Assembly: GCA_036172245.1 (NCBI GenBank)
Contig: JAYWIR010000092.1
Coordinates: 186,001-250,000 of the forward strand
Source of the DNA: Raillietiella orientalis
Lineage: Eukaryota
DNA length: 64,000 nucleotides
Direction: 5' to 3'
Shown: positions 24,024 through 36,847 of the stretch, one piece after another
Position numbering within the stretch: position 1 is the stretch's first letter
Layout of the letters: each line of letters starts with the position of its first letter
Program-made: the position numbers and the translations under genes
The notes under the pieces: generated by a model
Database searches by the model: none
What the model was told of the DNA's origin: nothing
What the model saw: the letters and a program-made list of their open reading frames with translations, nothing else

Positions 24024-24657
24024 TCCGCAGGCGTACCGGGATAGTCGCGAGGCAGGTTCGCTTGAGTTTGCCTGCAGGCTCTGAATATCAACTCGATGAA
24101 GGTACTGAAGAGCAAGGGGCTCAGTCTATATTCCTGCCGTATGCCACGCAACATCGGAACAGTGTGCACGGTGTGCTTGCCGAAAAAAACGTTGATGAGC
24201 GCGTCGGACCAACTGGAGCTCAGATAGGCTGGGAAGCCCAAGGGTTACAGAAAATCGAACACGTTTTTCTCTTCCATGCATCGATGTTTTTCATGCAAGT
24301 CGACAGCCACCGCAAGGGCGTTCTTTTCTGTTCACCATCGACCTCCTTAGCGACGTACGCAACGGAATTTCCGTCACGCATCTACCCCGTTTCATGCTAG
24401 AGATCCAGTCATTTGGAAGCGTGGAAAAGTTTAACCTATAATGCTTCGCCCGGTAATAGCATATGTCTGCTGCGAGCGGATGGAAACGTTTGCAACTTGT
24501 CCTAGCCGCGAAGGTCACAACTGAGCCAGCAATAAGGTGTCCTCATTGACTATTGCGATACTTGTTCACGTTCCTCAGATCTTCCTTATGTAGAAGGCAC
24601 ACCTTTGATGAGCGAAATGAGGCGGAAACCTCACCTGTTCCGCGGTTCAGCAACGTA
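24024..24657 (-). mobile_element. Degenerate family-1 RT fragment
   Basis: GFPAYLSSSWSDALINV..RGIRQEYRLSPLLFS. Confidence 0.85.
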
Positions 24658-25604
24658 TTTCACTCAGTTTTGCCAAGGCTTTTATTATTAGAAGTTTACA
24701 AATGAAAATTTCTTACTGGAGTATTGTCACATGAACTTAATTTTCAGTCAGAATGATGTGCATTGACTGACTTGAGGCACTTGTTCATACCGACACGCAG
24801 GCCGGTAAGGTCCTCTCCACTGGCGAAGGGGGCGGGTAGACCTGAAGAAAAACAAAAACACACACAATCGCCTAGGAAGACAATGTTTTATGGGCAGGAG
24901 AGGGAAGAGAAGAGACCACGAAATGCCGAGAAGAGGTCTGTGCATCCGGTTTTGGATGCAATCAAGTGCGGGCAGTATTTTTCTCAGCCACCGCTAACGA
25001 GAAGTGTCCTCCTTTGAGATCACCGCAAAGTCGATGGCGTTCCGACTCCTGCGAACTCTTTTTGACGCAGTCTACTTATACAGGATTCCGCGTATGCAAC
25101 AGAGCACTGCTACACATCCGGAAGCTGGCATGGCTTCCCGCATCAGGAGGAGTCGAAAAATGTTCTTGGAGTCGCCCACCGGAATGTTCAGGATCGACGA
25201 GAGTTCCGTTGAAGGAATTTGGCGCTGCAAAAGCATGTTCCCACCGTTTCCTGTTGGCCTGAAAGTTTAATGTTGGCACCGACTAAGGAAACTTCTGCCG
25301 AAACTTCTTCGCATCCAAAACTGGATGAAGAGGCCTCACCACGGCGTACCCTGATTCCTTCCATACCCTCCGCTCCCCAGAAGCATTGTACCCCCAGGAG
25401 TTTTTATTATGTGCTGTTTTTTCTGCGTTTCTCGACCCCATTGTCAGTGCAGAGAACATTACCGGCCTCAGGGTCAGTAAGTACAGGTGCGTCAAGGCAG
25501 AATTTCGTGTTTTTACTGAAAATTAACTAAAACGACAAGAGATTATTATGAAATTTTGTAAGTAAAATTTTCGTGATCAAAGCCCTGGCTAACCGGCGTG
25601 AGAA
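24658..25604. mobile_element. Two back-to-back 3' fragments of family 4 (about 24658-25270 minus; about 25270-25604 plus)
   Basis: Mutually inverted similarity (gcatcc..tggatg, T-rich tract, taccggcct hairpin). Each ends in a terminal module (aataaaagccttggcaaaactgagtgaa; gccctggctaaccggcgtgagaa). Confidence 0.6.
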
Positions 25605-25946
25605 ACCTGCCAAGGTGTAACGGGCTTTGAGCACTCTAAGCCTTCCGAAAGCAGTCTGGCCACGCTTCCACTGGGCTGATTTTTTTCATCGGGATGCCTA
25701 AGCACTTCAAAGACTCAGAGGTGGGGATCCCCAAGCGGATCCAGTCGGACTGCCGCTCCTTCACTGCACCAACAGGAACCGGAACAAACTTGTTCCGCTC
25801 CACGTCAAATCAGCTCGAGGAAATGCTCGAGACTGGAAGCCAGAGTGATTATGGGTAAAAGGGGAAGCAGGTCATCGGCGTATGCGCTACGGACGGCGTA
25901 CCTGATCAAGAGCTATGCAGGTTAGCCATCGTCAGCCTTTATTTGC
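25605..25946 (-). mobile_element. Degenerate family-1 RT fragment containing YADD
   Basis: Reverse complement reads gcatacgccgatgacctgctt (AYADDLL) and cagtccgactggatccgcttggggatcccc (QSDWIRLGIP). Confidence 0.85.
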
Positions 25947-28690
25947 AGACAGGTCTGCGAGTCGCTGCCAAAGGTGACAGCTGGATTGTAAAGTAAGTAA
26001 ATTTTTCTCAAGGGGTTTACTTTTATATTGAATTGCATGTGTCTTACGGATTTATTTTACTTGTTTACAAGGAATCGTAGTGATACAGTGAATATTGTGG
26101 TGAACGAAAGGGCTCTCCTTTGACCGTCTGCAACTGCGATAGTCTAACTAGAAAGGTGTTGGTTCGCTTAGGTAAAGGTTACCCCAATCTTCCTTTTGAC
26201 CTTAATATTTTGAAAGAACTATTAAATTTTTGTGAAAACTTTCTTACACCAAGTGGGAATCAAAATTATCAGTGCAAGCTTGAATTGATTCTCAATAGTT
26301 ACGGTCTCAAAGCATCACACGGTCTCAACAGTTAATTTCGAGTTTCCATTCTTAATACGACCAAAAATTGGCATTTTCTGTGCTTTTTGGAATATTATGA
26401 AAACTGAAATTTTTGATCAATTAGTTAATTCTTTTTTCTTTCATTTGCAAAACTAATTTTCCAAAGATGGCGGAGCGACCACGTGCCACACATATAACAG
26501 ACTCTTACCGCGTTCAACGTAGCTGAAGTTGAGCCTGTACCCCTAACGCCGTCTTCGCATGCACTGCTGTGCCTGCCTTTGCAATCGTTTGTGGGAAATT
26601 CCCCTTTACTCCGGTCACATGAAGGAAACCACTCTTTGAACCATGGAAACTCGAAAACAAAATTCGCAAATTGCATTTTTATACGCCAACCGTGGGTTAT
26701 ATATTTGCATTTCGCTTCCACGTCCTTGCCCATGTCCTATTCCTGACTGTGAAATCGCATCCTCTGCCGAAGAAAGGCACAATTATTCCCGTAACCTCGA
26801 GCACCATCTGACACGTATACATGGTGTAACTCCCCAAAGGTCCACTTGCTTTTGTGACCAATACGATTTTACTGCAGATGTGTTCCACTATTCCTCCGAC
26901 TCATAAATGTACTTACTCAATTCGAAATGTGGCGCTTCCTCGTTTCCTGAAAAAACTTAAATATTCATGCGCGTCCTGTGCATCCAGCTTCGACTGTAAA
27001 AGCCACCTCTGTACTCACAAGCGGACAACACACGGTACATCAAAAACCCAGAAATCGTTACTACACGGAGCCTTCGACGAAAAACCTGGCACTAGTTACA
27101 TAACAACATACGAACACCCCATTGAAGACCAATCAGCGACTGTCATCGAATTATCAAGCAACTACCAACCACCGCTCAATGCGACTGCTCAACGTGAACC
27201 TGACAACAATGTGATTCCCGAACCACAACCTGTAATGACTACTGGAACACAAAAAGCAATTGCCATTTTCCAACATCACAAAGACGTATTCCGACCTTTA
27301 CCTGCCGAAATTCTCTCACTGACTGATTCTTATATGACTGAGCAACTGCAAGCAGACCCCAATGCCTAATCGCCTCTAGATTCACGTCAAATGAAATCCA
27401 CGCTGTCGCCTTGATCACTGACATTTGCTGATGTAGAAAATCAGCATCGCGTCATGCTCCCAGGAACTTTCTCCGCTAAAGTTTCCTCTCTACGCTACCC
27501 TCCCATTACACCAACCTCTTTCACCATAAGTTGCAAAACATCCCTCGTTAGAGTGCGATCGCTCGGGAAGATTACTGTTCGGCTGAAACATCATGCCCTT
27601 TTGAGAATGCTGCACACACCATGCATAGCATCACACAATCAATTTCTGCTCCAATACTTAACAGAGATGACCCTTCACCCACCACTTGGCAACCAATACA
27701 TAGTGCTGCTTCCGTGTCACCTTCATCTATATAGCGCAAAGGCCCTTCTCCGAAATACAACCAGAAACAAATACCACCGTTGATTCCGAAGCTCTCCTCG
27801 TCAGTGAGTTATAACCCCACCTCTAGCTCGAGTCCTTGCTACCTCTACTGCGTCCACACTACCCAATTCCTTTCCCACTAACCCCCACGCACGGACATTC
27901 GAATACCTTTCTATTCCTGTAAAACACAAAATCTCGATTTCCGCAACACGCTTCGCTCTCTAACGCCACTTAAGCACTGCACACAAGCGGTCTTTTTGCA
28001 AGCACAAGCTGCACTGCGGGAAATGCAACTCGGATATCTCCTATCATGCACATCACCACCCATAGTTTAAACACATCGCTCTTCAGCAGCTTCCCGTGGC
28101 ACTCCTTTCTTCCCAATGTAGCATTTCCAACTGTAAAGCCACCTTTCCCTCAATAAGTGGATTACACAGTCAAACTCGATGGCAGATGCGATTGCAAAAT
28201 CAACGCAAGGAACCACTTCCTAAACCACGTGCTCCTCCTTCGATACCCACATTCAATCGTTTTGCTACAATAGCAACACACGGAACCGTTTTACCTAATA
28301 AACTGGAAATGAGGGATCTCTTACGCACAGCAAAATGTTTTGACCGCTCCTGAACATCCAAGAGTACCATCAGATTCCCCTGTTTCCCGTACTTCACAAC
28401 ACAACGTGCCACTCGTACATCTAACTCACCCGTATCCTTTGCGCTAATCCAACGAGCCCATATCGAGTGACTTTGAAGTACAACAGGAATTGCCAAACTT
28501 TCAGCATACACTACACACAAACACACATTCTGTGCTCAGTGCTTACAGCCCGAGTCTCACATCTCTGCTAACACAACCACAGTCTAACGACAATTGGCAG
28601 CGTACCATTGACATCCTCAACAAAGTCATGAATGCGATGACCTCTAGATTCAACGTACGCCCCTTCAACCCTTCTACAAGACTCACTGCT
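25947..28690 (+). mobile_element. 5' remnant of a putative RLE-type (R2/NeSL/Utopia-like) retrotransposon with multiple N-terminal C2H2 zinc fingers; RT absent
   Basis: CPIPDC..LEHHLTRIHG, YSCASCASSFDCKSHLCTHKRTTH, RHLSTAH..CGKC and CSISNCKATFPSISGLHSQ, separated by P/T-rich linkers; many stop codons. Confidence 0.55.
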
Positions 28691-28859
28691 GCCACCTGCT
28701 GCCCAGGCTTCTTGCCGTTTCCGTTGACAATTTCGGCGTTGGTCGCCGGGGTGTCGTGTGCGGCCTGGGCCTTAGGGTTTCCATCCGTATCCGTGCTGTT
28801 ACTCCTTACAGCTGGACCACACTACTGCGGTCCACCGTAGTGGAAAGAGACCTGCTTGT

Positions 28860-29250
28860 CTCTGTGAAAACGGGGATTTTCAGCATACCTAAGGACAGAT
28901 CTGCCTGTTTGCAGATCACCTGAACATACTGTCCCCGCTGCGAACGGTCATTGCGCAAAGTTCTTCCTCTTAAAGGTTGAGATCGCCTGTCGCCTAGGAA
29001 ACGTCACGCGCGACCTCTGCAGTATATGTTACCTACCTTGTCACGTAACGAGAGTTTGTACCACTACTTCACGTAGGCACTGAATTCCGCCGCGGTAGCG
29101 AGCATAGTCGCCGCTGCAACCGCGCTCCATACCCGTGCTGCAGCAGGTAACGTTTCTGTAAGGGTGACTGCTTCCTCCACCTTCGCCTCTGAGAACGAGG
29201 TCACCGTCTCCCACTGGCAGTCACTGCTGGTCGTATCTAACTTTGCGGCC
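28860..29250 (-). mobile_element. Degenerate family-1 ORF1 N-terminus
   Basis: ARVWSAVAAA..AAEFSAYV..YK, homologous to ORF1 of copy G. Confidence 0.7.
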
Positions 29251-31030
29251 TGAACGACCACCGAGCCACACAGCGCGAATGCTAAGGGAAAGTTCCTGGA
29301 ACCGAGGAGTATCGAGAATACACGTCCACCCAGCAAGCATAAGGCGTTCCACTCTGGGAATCAAAAGTTTCTTATCGAGAACTTGGAACATCTACGGCAG
29401 CTTTCTTGTCGTACTTGCGCTCCGGCTGGTGCCCTGAGGAAACATTCACGGATTTCAGTGGCTGCTGCGTGTGCGGTGTAGCGGTACAACGCGATATCAT
29501 TCAAGGCGATTGCTTAAGCGCGTTGCTCTTCAGTATCTACTCTCGATTGTTGATGCCGGCTTACATGCTAACGCTCATCAACCTGCCAAACTCCTGTGCT
29601 GATGCGCCGGCAGTCGCGGCCTATTTCGAATACCTGCTTTTCCTGCTGCCCATGTCCACTTCAGCGGCGTCGCTTGAGAATTTCTTTAATCTGTTCCGTT
29701 GTGGAGCGGGTGTCAGCGTCCACAGTTGCAAGTGCATGGTCTTCCTGGTGCTTGCGTCGCGAAAGGGCAGTCCCACTGCATCCTTTTGCGGACCACACGA
29801 GCAGGTGCTTCAAGTATCTTGCATGCCTTTAGGCTTCTTCTGACTTGGGGAAGAGTAGGCAGACTGCCTTCAGTAGGCAGAGCGTGCACTTCGTACGTTG
29901 TCCGGTGACGAGTTGGTCTTGCCAGAACGGGATAGCATATGGAACACCTTTGTTGCTCTTCTCCCTCGCCCCCTGCTTTTTGTTTACCCACCCCCCAGGA
30001 AGTCATAGCCTGGGCGCAGCGCCTTCTACGCAAAGCGTTGTGGAGCGCTGCAAGATCCCGAGTACGACTTAAAGACTTGGTGGTGCCGCCTCAGGATGAA
30101 GGCTTCTCATACTCGACATAAAAAGAATCAAGCTGCAGATGCAGTTTCGTATGCTGCGCCTCTGTGCCAAGCTGCGCTGTACGCCTTGGTGCTTACCCGC
30201 ACGCCTTATACTAAGGCGCTGCACGTGTAGCGAGGGACTGCTTCCGTTGCTGTCCCACTTTCGGTACATTAGAAAAGGGTTTGGTTTCCCGCTGAGCCAG
30301 CTTTCCTCGCTGCTGGAAGCCCTCAGTTGGATTTCCTGCCGTCCTATAAACAATAGTGCGTAGCGATAGTAATGTTTTGCATCGCTGGTTGCTAGCGGAG
30401 GAATGAGCGCGGAAGATCTGCGACGTCTAAGAGTTCTCTCCACCCATTCACTTGGCGAATTCATGAAGTCCAAGAAGTCGGATCGTCTTTTCGACATACT
30501 GTTCGCCGCTGCGCTGTCTGCCTTTAGGGCAATCAGTGACAGTTGCCTACTGGCGGAATGAGACTTTTCCTGCACAATTGGAGGAGTGTCTATGCTCATC
30601 GGTTCAAGGATGGCAAAAGAGTCGGTGGAAGTCGCCACACATCGGAATCGGTGCTTCGGTGCAACGAATATTTAAGTATGCCCCCCAAAGAGATAGCAAA
30701 TCCCCCGTGTGTTTGGACAGCTGCGTGCTCCCTTGAAATGGAAAGATGTGCTGCTGTTTTTCCACTAGGTTCTACACCGTAATGAGCAAGAGGGATCGTT
30801 TCTGGGGGAGCTGCCTGGCCAAACTGCTTGAGGTACGGAGAGATCGAGTCTTTTCCTTCCCACTTGTGGACTGCAGTGTCCTGCGAAAACTGTGTTGGTA
30901 ACTGGTTTTAACCATAATAGCTTAGGGAGGCACTGCTATTGATGTGTTGCCACGTTTGTTTAGCGCAATCGGACTTTTCGTAGGCGGGATTGAGCCTCGT
31001 CTGCCTCCGGGGGCTTTCTAGCGGTCGGCT
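29250..31030 (+). mobile_element. Degenerate family-1 ORF2 (H-like subfamily)
   Basis: IIQGDCLSALLFSIY, WAQRLLRKALWSAARSRVRLKDLV and QFRMLRLCAKL; collinear with 59000-60700. Confidence 0.85.
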
Positions 31031-32452
31031 ATCACTAGGTGCTTTGCGGACCTTGTGATAGCCGCTTTTCGCTCTCAGGGCCTTGCAGTTCGGCTGCGAG
31101 TTCTTCCGCCGCATTCTGGAAGGCGGCCACTTCGATCACGTAAAGCGAGTCTCACGGCTCCGCCTCTGTTTGCACAGATGGTTCGTCCACGCTTGTCCCG
31201 GCTTCGGCGTACACGATGGAGGGGATTGCTGCCCCAGTGGCGGCATCGTTTGCCACCATACACTCTAAGGTCACCGAACATTTATGTTTTTCGCGTCGTG
31301 GTTTTTCATGCGCCACAGTTGTCTCCGCTTTGGGAGACTTTTTCATATTTTCTCGGAGCTTCACCAATTGCCAACTGTCGTTGTCACCAGCGTCGTCGGC
31401 ATTTCTGTCCGACGACGACGTTTACTGACTGGGATGAGGATCTCGTTTTTGGTTCGGCCCCTTTTCCATGCAGGACTTTTCCAAAATTCCCCTGCCCGTT
31501 TTGCTTGTTCTTTGTTCTCTGCTGCGAATACTGCGGTTTTCCTTTTCGAGCACGCACTTCGCATATGGCTTTTTTTCTTACACATAATGCAATAGAAGTT
31601 CGGACACTGTTTTTTGAGGTGTTTCGGAACATCGCAGTACCCGTAGTACTTGGACTTCCCCACATACCAAACTTCCACGGAGTCGTTTCTGAGCTGGATC
31701 TTGTAGGGAAGCCCTTTATTTTCCGCAATAGTGATGCGCGCGGCAGTTAGCCTGATGAAGAACCCACGGAACACTTTATGAACTTTCGACTTGACCCATA
31801 ACGCGTTTAAGGTGCTTAATTCTTGCAGTCTCTCGTGCACTGCCTTTTTTTCTATTCATTGGGTGATGCCCGTTAGGTGGAATACCGTCGATTGATCCTG
31901 GAAGAAAGGAAAGTCCTTGCAACGGTTTAGCCCCATGGGAGTCCTTAACAAGCGCTGTGCCAGACTTGCTTCTTTGCAAGTCAGCTCGTTGCACTGACCC
32001 CTACTCAGCACTGATAGTCCTCCAAGGTCTGCCTCCTTCACGTTCAGTACCTGGAATTCCCTCGTGATCGCACGCGAGGTATCCTCTTGAAATATGCAAT
32101 CTACCTTGTATATTAGGCTAGGTTTATAGTCCTGTGCCTTATATGCGGCTGCTCCTACTAAGGCTTCAGGAGATGTTGCGAAAATCACGCTGTTCCAGCC
32201 TCTCTACTTCCGCGAAGAGGGTCTCGAGGGGTCAGTTGCCTCCGATTCTGATGGTTCGGATGCTTGTACCACTGTAGGTAGGGGAGAGGAACTGGCCTCT
32301 CTCCCTGGTCTCTATCGCAGTGACCTCACGTATCTCCGCCATGAATCACCGGCGATCCCTCACAGCACCCACAATTAAAGAAGCCTTCCCAACCACCACT
32401 TTGTGGATCGATTCGAAAACACGTCCGCTCGCAAGAAAGACAGGTTGGAGTA
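31030..32452 (-). mobile_element. Degenerate family-1 5'UTR and ORF1
   Basis: YKPSLIYKV, WYVGKSKYYGYCDVPKHLKKQC..CIMC..H..C; 5' motif gcgagcggacgtgtttt. Confidence 0.85.
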
Positions 32453-33339
32453 CCATCTGATCACAGCGAGGCGTTTATTGAAAAATTACTGAACAATTGT
32501 GGTACAAGACCCACAGGAGGGAGTGTGGATGCCAATTAAGCAGCGTGCGGGAGAAGGGAAAGTTTTTCCCACATTTTCATCTAATGCGTTGCCCTACGCC
32601 CCATGTGGGATCGACTGTCGTCTATTGTTAACATTCCGGTAGGCGACCGAAAGAACATGTTGTCGCCGCCTTTCGTTGCGGGACGCCCCGCTAGCAGCCG
32701 CTTTGCTGGCCTGCTCGGAGCCTAAAACAATTGCTTCTTAATTGCTTAAAGGATGAAAACAGATTATTTTGACAAATTCTGCGGAGAGCATACGCAGCAA
32801 TCACAACAGCTTCACTCTGATTTTTAGCTCGGGAAAGCAATTTTTATCATCTGCTCCGCTTTTGAAACAACAGCAAGCTTCACTGGACCCTTATCATAGC
32901 AAATTTGCTCAACATGTGCACGGTAAATCGAAAAAAAAAAGCCTTCCAACAAGCGCGTATGCTAATACAAATGAAAATCCTTTTTGCAGCATTCTTTCGT
33001 GCTCAGCGCACGTGACTGGGAACATGTGGTTCCCATCTACGAAAATCACGCATGTTCTGCTTTCGAAGACTTCCATCCAAGTGACGCAAACATCTCGCGG
33101 TTTCTGGATTTATGGTCTGCTGCCGGCGCTTCTTGCAGCATTTGTAAAACCAGCAAATATGGATAACTTTAATTGTAGGCACGTTTGGTTTTCGCAGTTG
33201 AGGTAACGTTTCCTGGTGTGACGAAGGCTCCAGTCAATAGCAAACAGGAATAAAGGAGAACCTGCGAGCGATGACAATTCCTAGGATGAGTAGGGTGAGA
33301 ATTTCTGCCGTTTCCTTAGCATCAATCAAGCAATTTGTA

Positions 33340-33830
33340 AGAGAAAACCCGATGGTTGCTTAGCAGGAACACCGGAATGGTGTCGAGGGACGGATTTGAA
33401 TAGTCGCGATCAAATAAGTGAAAAATCTATAATGAATTAAAGGGACGAGAAGACCATTTATAACTAGTGTCTTAGAGGAATTGTAGGAGTAGTAGTAAGA
33501 TGAGATCATAAAAGGATGTTGTCTGGTGCGGATGATGAAGAATTTATCTTCATAGTTTGTACATTTTATGTGAAGTAAAAGAGATCTGAAAATGAAGAAA
33601 AAGTTACCTCAGGGATAACGGTGTAATTTTTACGCAGAGTTCTAATTGATGTGATATTTTGCTACCTCGATTTTGAATTAGGGATCTATGAGGTGCATGA
33701 TGTTCACGGTATGAGTCTGTTCGCCTAAAAATTCTACAAGATTTAAGTTCAGATCGGCGTAAGCCAGATTGGTTTCTATCTTTTTACAGTGGTCGTATTT
33801 CTTATTACGAAAGGATTGAAAAGCTGAACA
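33340..33830 (+). pseudogene. rrnL: NUMT: degraded mitochondrial large-subunit rRNA (3' half)
   Basis: Ordered animal mt-16S landmarks: gacgagaagacc (33444), aagttacctcagggataac (33601), acctcgat, gtctgttcg, agttcagatcggcgtaagccagattggtttctatc, tacgaaagga. Substitutions at normally invariant sites. Confidence 0.85.
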
Positions 33831-33879
33831 TTTTTTAAATGCAGCAAAATTGCAAAATGTGTTGAAGGTAGCTCAAAGA

Positions 33880-34130
33880 CAATTATGCGATGTGGGAGGT
33901 ATCATCATGTAGGATTTGTGATTTTCACTGAACTTAAGATTGGTTGGGTACAATGGTGTTAACGACTGAATTAAGTGGCGAATAATAAAGGCGAAGAACG
34001 TTCAGCAAATTGAGCTTTAAAATAATTCTGTAGTCAGAGGATCATCACTCTGGTTTGCGCATTTTCTTGAAACTGACTACTTTGGCTCATGGAAATACCG
34101 ATTTCCCTATTTGTACATTGGTCCGAGAGA
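33880..34130 (+). pseudogene. nad1: NUMT: degraded 5' part of mitochondrial nad1
   Basis: From 33909 it reads VGFVIFTELKI-GWVQWC*RLN*V...ALKI, resembling the ND1 pattern VAFLTLLERKILGYIQxRKGPNKV...ALKL, directly after rrnL. Confidence 0.55.
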
Positions 34131-34958
34131 AAGGTACTACGTACAGACCTTTATGCGGCTAATTGTATGCTAATTTCTGTTTACGTGCATAACTTGGAAG
34201 TGCAGTTTCATAAATCCACGCTTCCTCGTTGTCTGATCATACGATGGCAACTATATTGAGATTGCGCTTAGACAAACTTTCCCTGTAATCCGAAGTGAGT
34301 GGCCGAGGGCGGAGGTACGAGACGTGTGGATCGGACATGTAATGCAATTGCCGAACAGAATAGCTTCTGGGAGAACGTAAGCATTTCCTCAGTATTGCGT
34401 AGGGACTTTGAGATTCTGAAACAAGGAACTGAACACGTTATGCGGAATGGTTTTGTTCTTTCATCGCAGCATTATCGACGAGTAGAAATGGACACTTCCT
34501 CCATCTAAGATTCATAGGATAAACTGTGATTGACATTAGCAGTTTCGGATGGTCATTCATGCAAGGCTGCCACGCAATATAGACCTTTGGTTGCTTTGAA
34601 AATTTCAAGTTTCAGTGGTTGCTGCTGGTGGTCACTCTTTTCATCAAAAGCAACCTGGGAGTTGAGGATCTCTTTTCACGATATCATACGGGATTCGCCC
34701 TTCAGTTTTGCGAAACAAAGGGAAGCTGCTCGTTCGTTTTCGAGACTACAAATGATGTCAGTGAAGGCAAATACCCACTCTGCAAGCAAGGATGGGGACC
34801 AAATAACTTGCCACCAGCAGAAGATACACCGTGTTCGGTACTCGTGAAAGTAAGTTTCAACTGCTCCCTGCAAGGTTTTCAATCAGTTTTCTTAGTCTCC
34901 GCAGGGAAGTACTGAACCTGTGGCTGTAGTCATCCGTGAGGATCAGAAGACTTGTGGC

Positions 34959-36580
34959 TGCACATTCCACCCAAATCTTAGGTAAAATAGTGCCTTGCTC
35001 CAGCATTCAATTCAATAACGTTGAATAACTGTTGGTGATCCATGAAACTCTTTTCTCGTATGAGACTTACAGCTGAGATTAGCAGTTTAATTCTGAGCTG
35101 TCGGGTGTGCGGTGGAATGTATGAAAACGTTTTCGTACGTAAATATCGAGTGAACATTTATCGCAAATTCCAATATCGGAATCGGAAAAGCCGTTTTCCA
35201 TGCTTAATTGTAACCATGTCAACAAATGCATCCCCAAATTCAAATTGCATTGCCGCCTATTTTGACTGCAGCTTTGTTTCAGACTCCCTGGAAAAGAAAA
35301 TGAAAAACTGATACTGCAGACACCATTCGTGGCAAATTGCACTTTTCCGAAGAACTTGAATTGCTGGCTGGAATTCCAGGAAGCTACCTGATCAAAGTGA
35401 CGAAACTAAAGTGCTCAATCGCTTTCACATGATTGCTAAAGCGAAGCTATTAACCGCTTGTTCTTTGGTTCCATTGGAAGGGTGTGCATTGACATAAAGG
35501 TCTGCTGACTCTATGGCACGGCATGGGTTTCATAACGATCCAAATAAGGGAACACAAACTAAATTTTATTTTTTCCATGTGTTTTTGGAAAAGAAAAGTT
35601 GGTTTATACTGTAAAAGAGGGATCGGTAAAGCTGATTTCTCCAAGATGAGAAATCACGGGGAACAGATTCACGACACACTGTGTGACGCTAATGAAAGGT
35701 TGAGGGGAGGAACACGGATACTGGTTTGTAGGATTGTCTTCATCGTATAACAAAAATGGTACGATGGTCGCGAAATCGAGAAGAAATACATTGATGGTTG
35801 GCGATTGGCGAACATAGAAATCAGGCGTTTCGTAGTTTCATTGCCTATAGAGACGTTCGGACATCTCCGCTCGAGCTGATAAGCTCGCATGCTTACTGTG
35901 CGCCAAGAGGGATGTCGGCCACACTGCATGGTACCTTGAAGGTTTGGAAGAACTGAGTTTTTCTTTTCCTCGTTTGTTTGTTAGCAAAGGCAAGTTAAAT
36001 GTACATATGAAGTCAATTGCCTCCCAGGCCACTAGAAGTTGAGAAACGAGCAACTTTTTTCTTAGATCACGGGGCTTTCGCTTCCTTTGCACAGACTGCA
36101 ACACCGATAGCTCATGATCTCAGAACGAGGAAGTGCCCACAGCAAATTGAGAACTTCCTTGTGATTAGACAGATTCTTCAAAAAGTAGTCCGGTTTAAAT
36201 TTCTTACTTCTCTGGCGTTTGTTACTTGGTTACTTCGGTACCATCAACGTAAAATTTAATTCATAAATAAAGAGTAGAAGCATATGAAATGAAAATCGAT
36301 CTATCTCGGTAAAATGGAAGTCCAAGTACATAGGAGCTTTTTTGAACAAGCTTTTTCTGCAACAACATACTTCAGAGAAATCTTTGCAGAAGAAAAAAGG
36401 AATAGAGGCTGCAAAAGAAGTCAAACGACCATATTCTCGTTGTGACAGTCTCGCAAAGTACAGAGGATTGTAGATGCATTGGCAGCGTATGCATTGGCAT
36501 CATTCGTTTTCCACACAATGGAAACAGCAATGCATTCTTTTTTCTCTGCATACCCAAGATGTATTCCCTGGAAGAGCCGA
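34959..36580. repeat. 1.6-kb segment, arm 2 of the inverted duplication
   Basis: Reverse complement of 22403-24023. Confidence 0.95.
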
Positions 36581-36639
36581 TCCTGATGTAGCAGCCAGTG
36601 CCATTCTTACAGAGGCGAGCAATTCTGCTCCGTACATGA

Positions 36640-36847
36640 TGATGATCCCTGATCCCTTCTCACTTTCCCACGTTTTGCATTTTTTTGTTTGTTTCCGCTT
36701 CTCCCTGCTGCCGTGGTGGACTGTACCGCCTTGCGAAACCTTGCCTCAGAGGCTCTGTGTTTCTGCGGGCGTGGCTGGATCACTGGTTTTAAGTGTAGGG
36801 GGTTTGAGTTTGCTTGTAATAAACGCCCTGGCGAAAACCAGGTGAGA
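36640..36847 (+). mobile_element. Solitary family-1 3'UTR (severely 5'-truncated copy)
   Basis: Matches A 2205-2423 (tgatcccttc, ctgctgccgtggtggac, ggctctgtgtttct, aataaacgccctggcgaaaaccaggtgaga). Confidence 0.85.

Noticed and set aside
33340..33830. Functional rRNA gene
   Set aside because: Partial, internally deleted, mutated at conserved sites and embedded in nuclear transposon debris.
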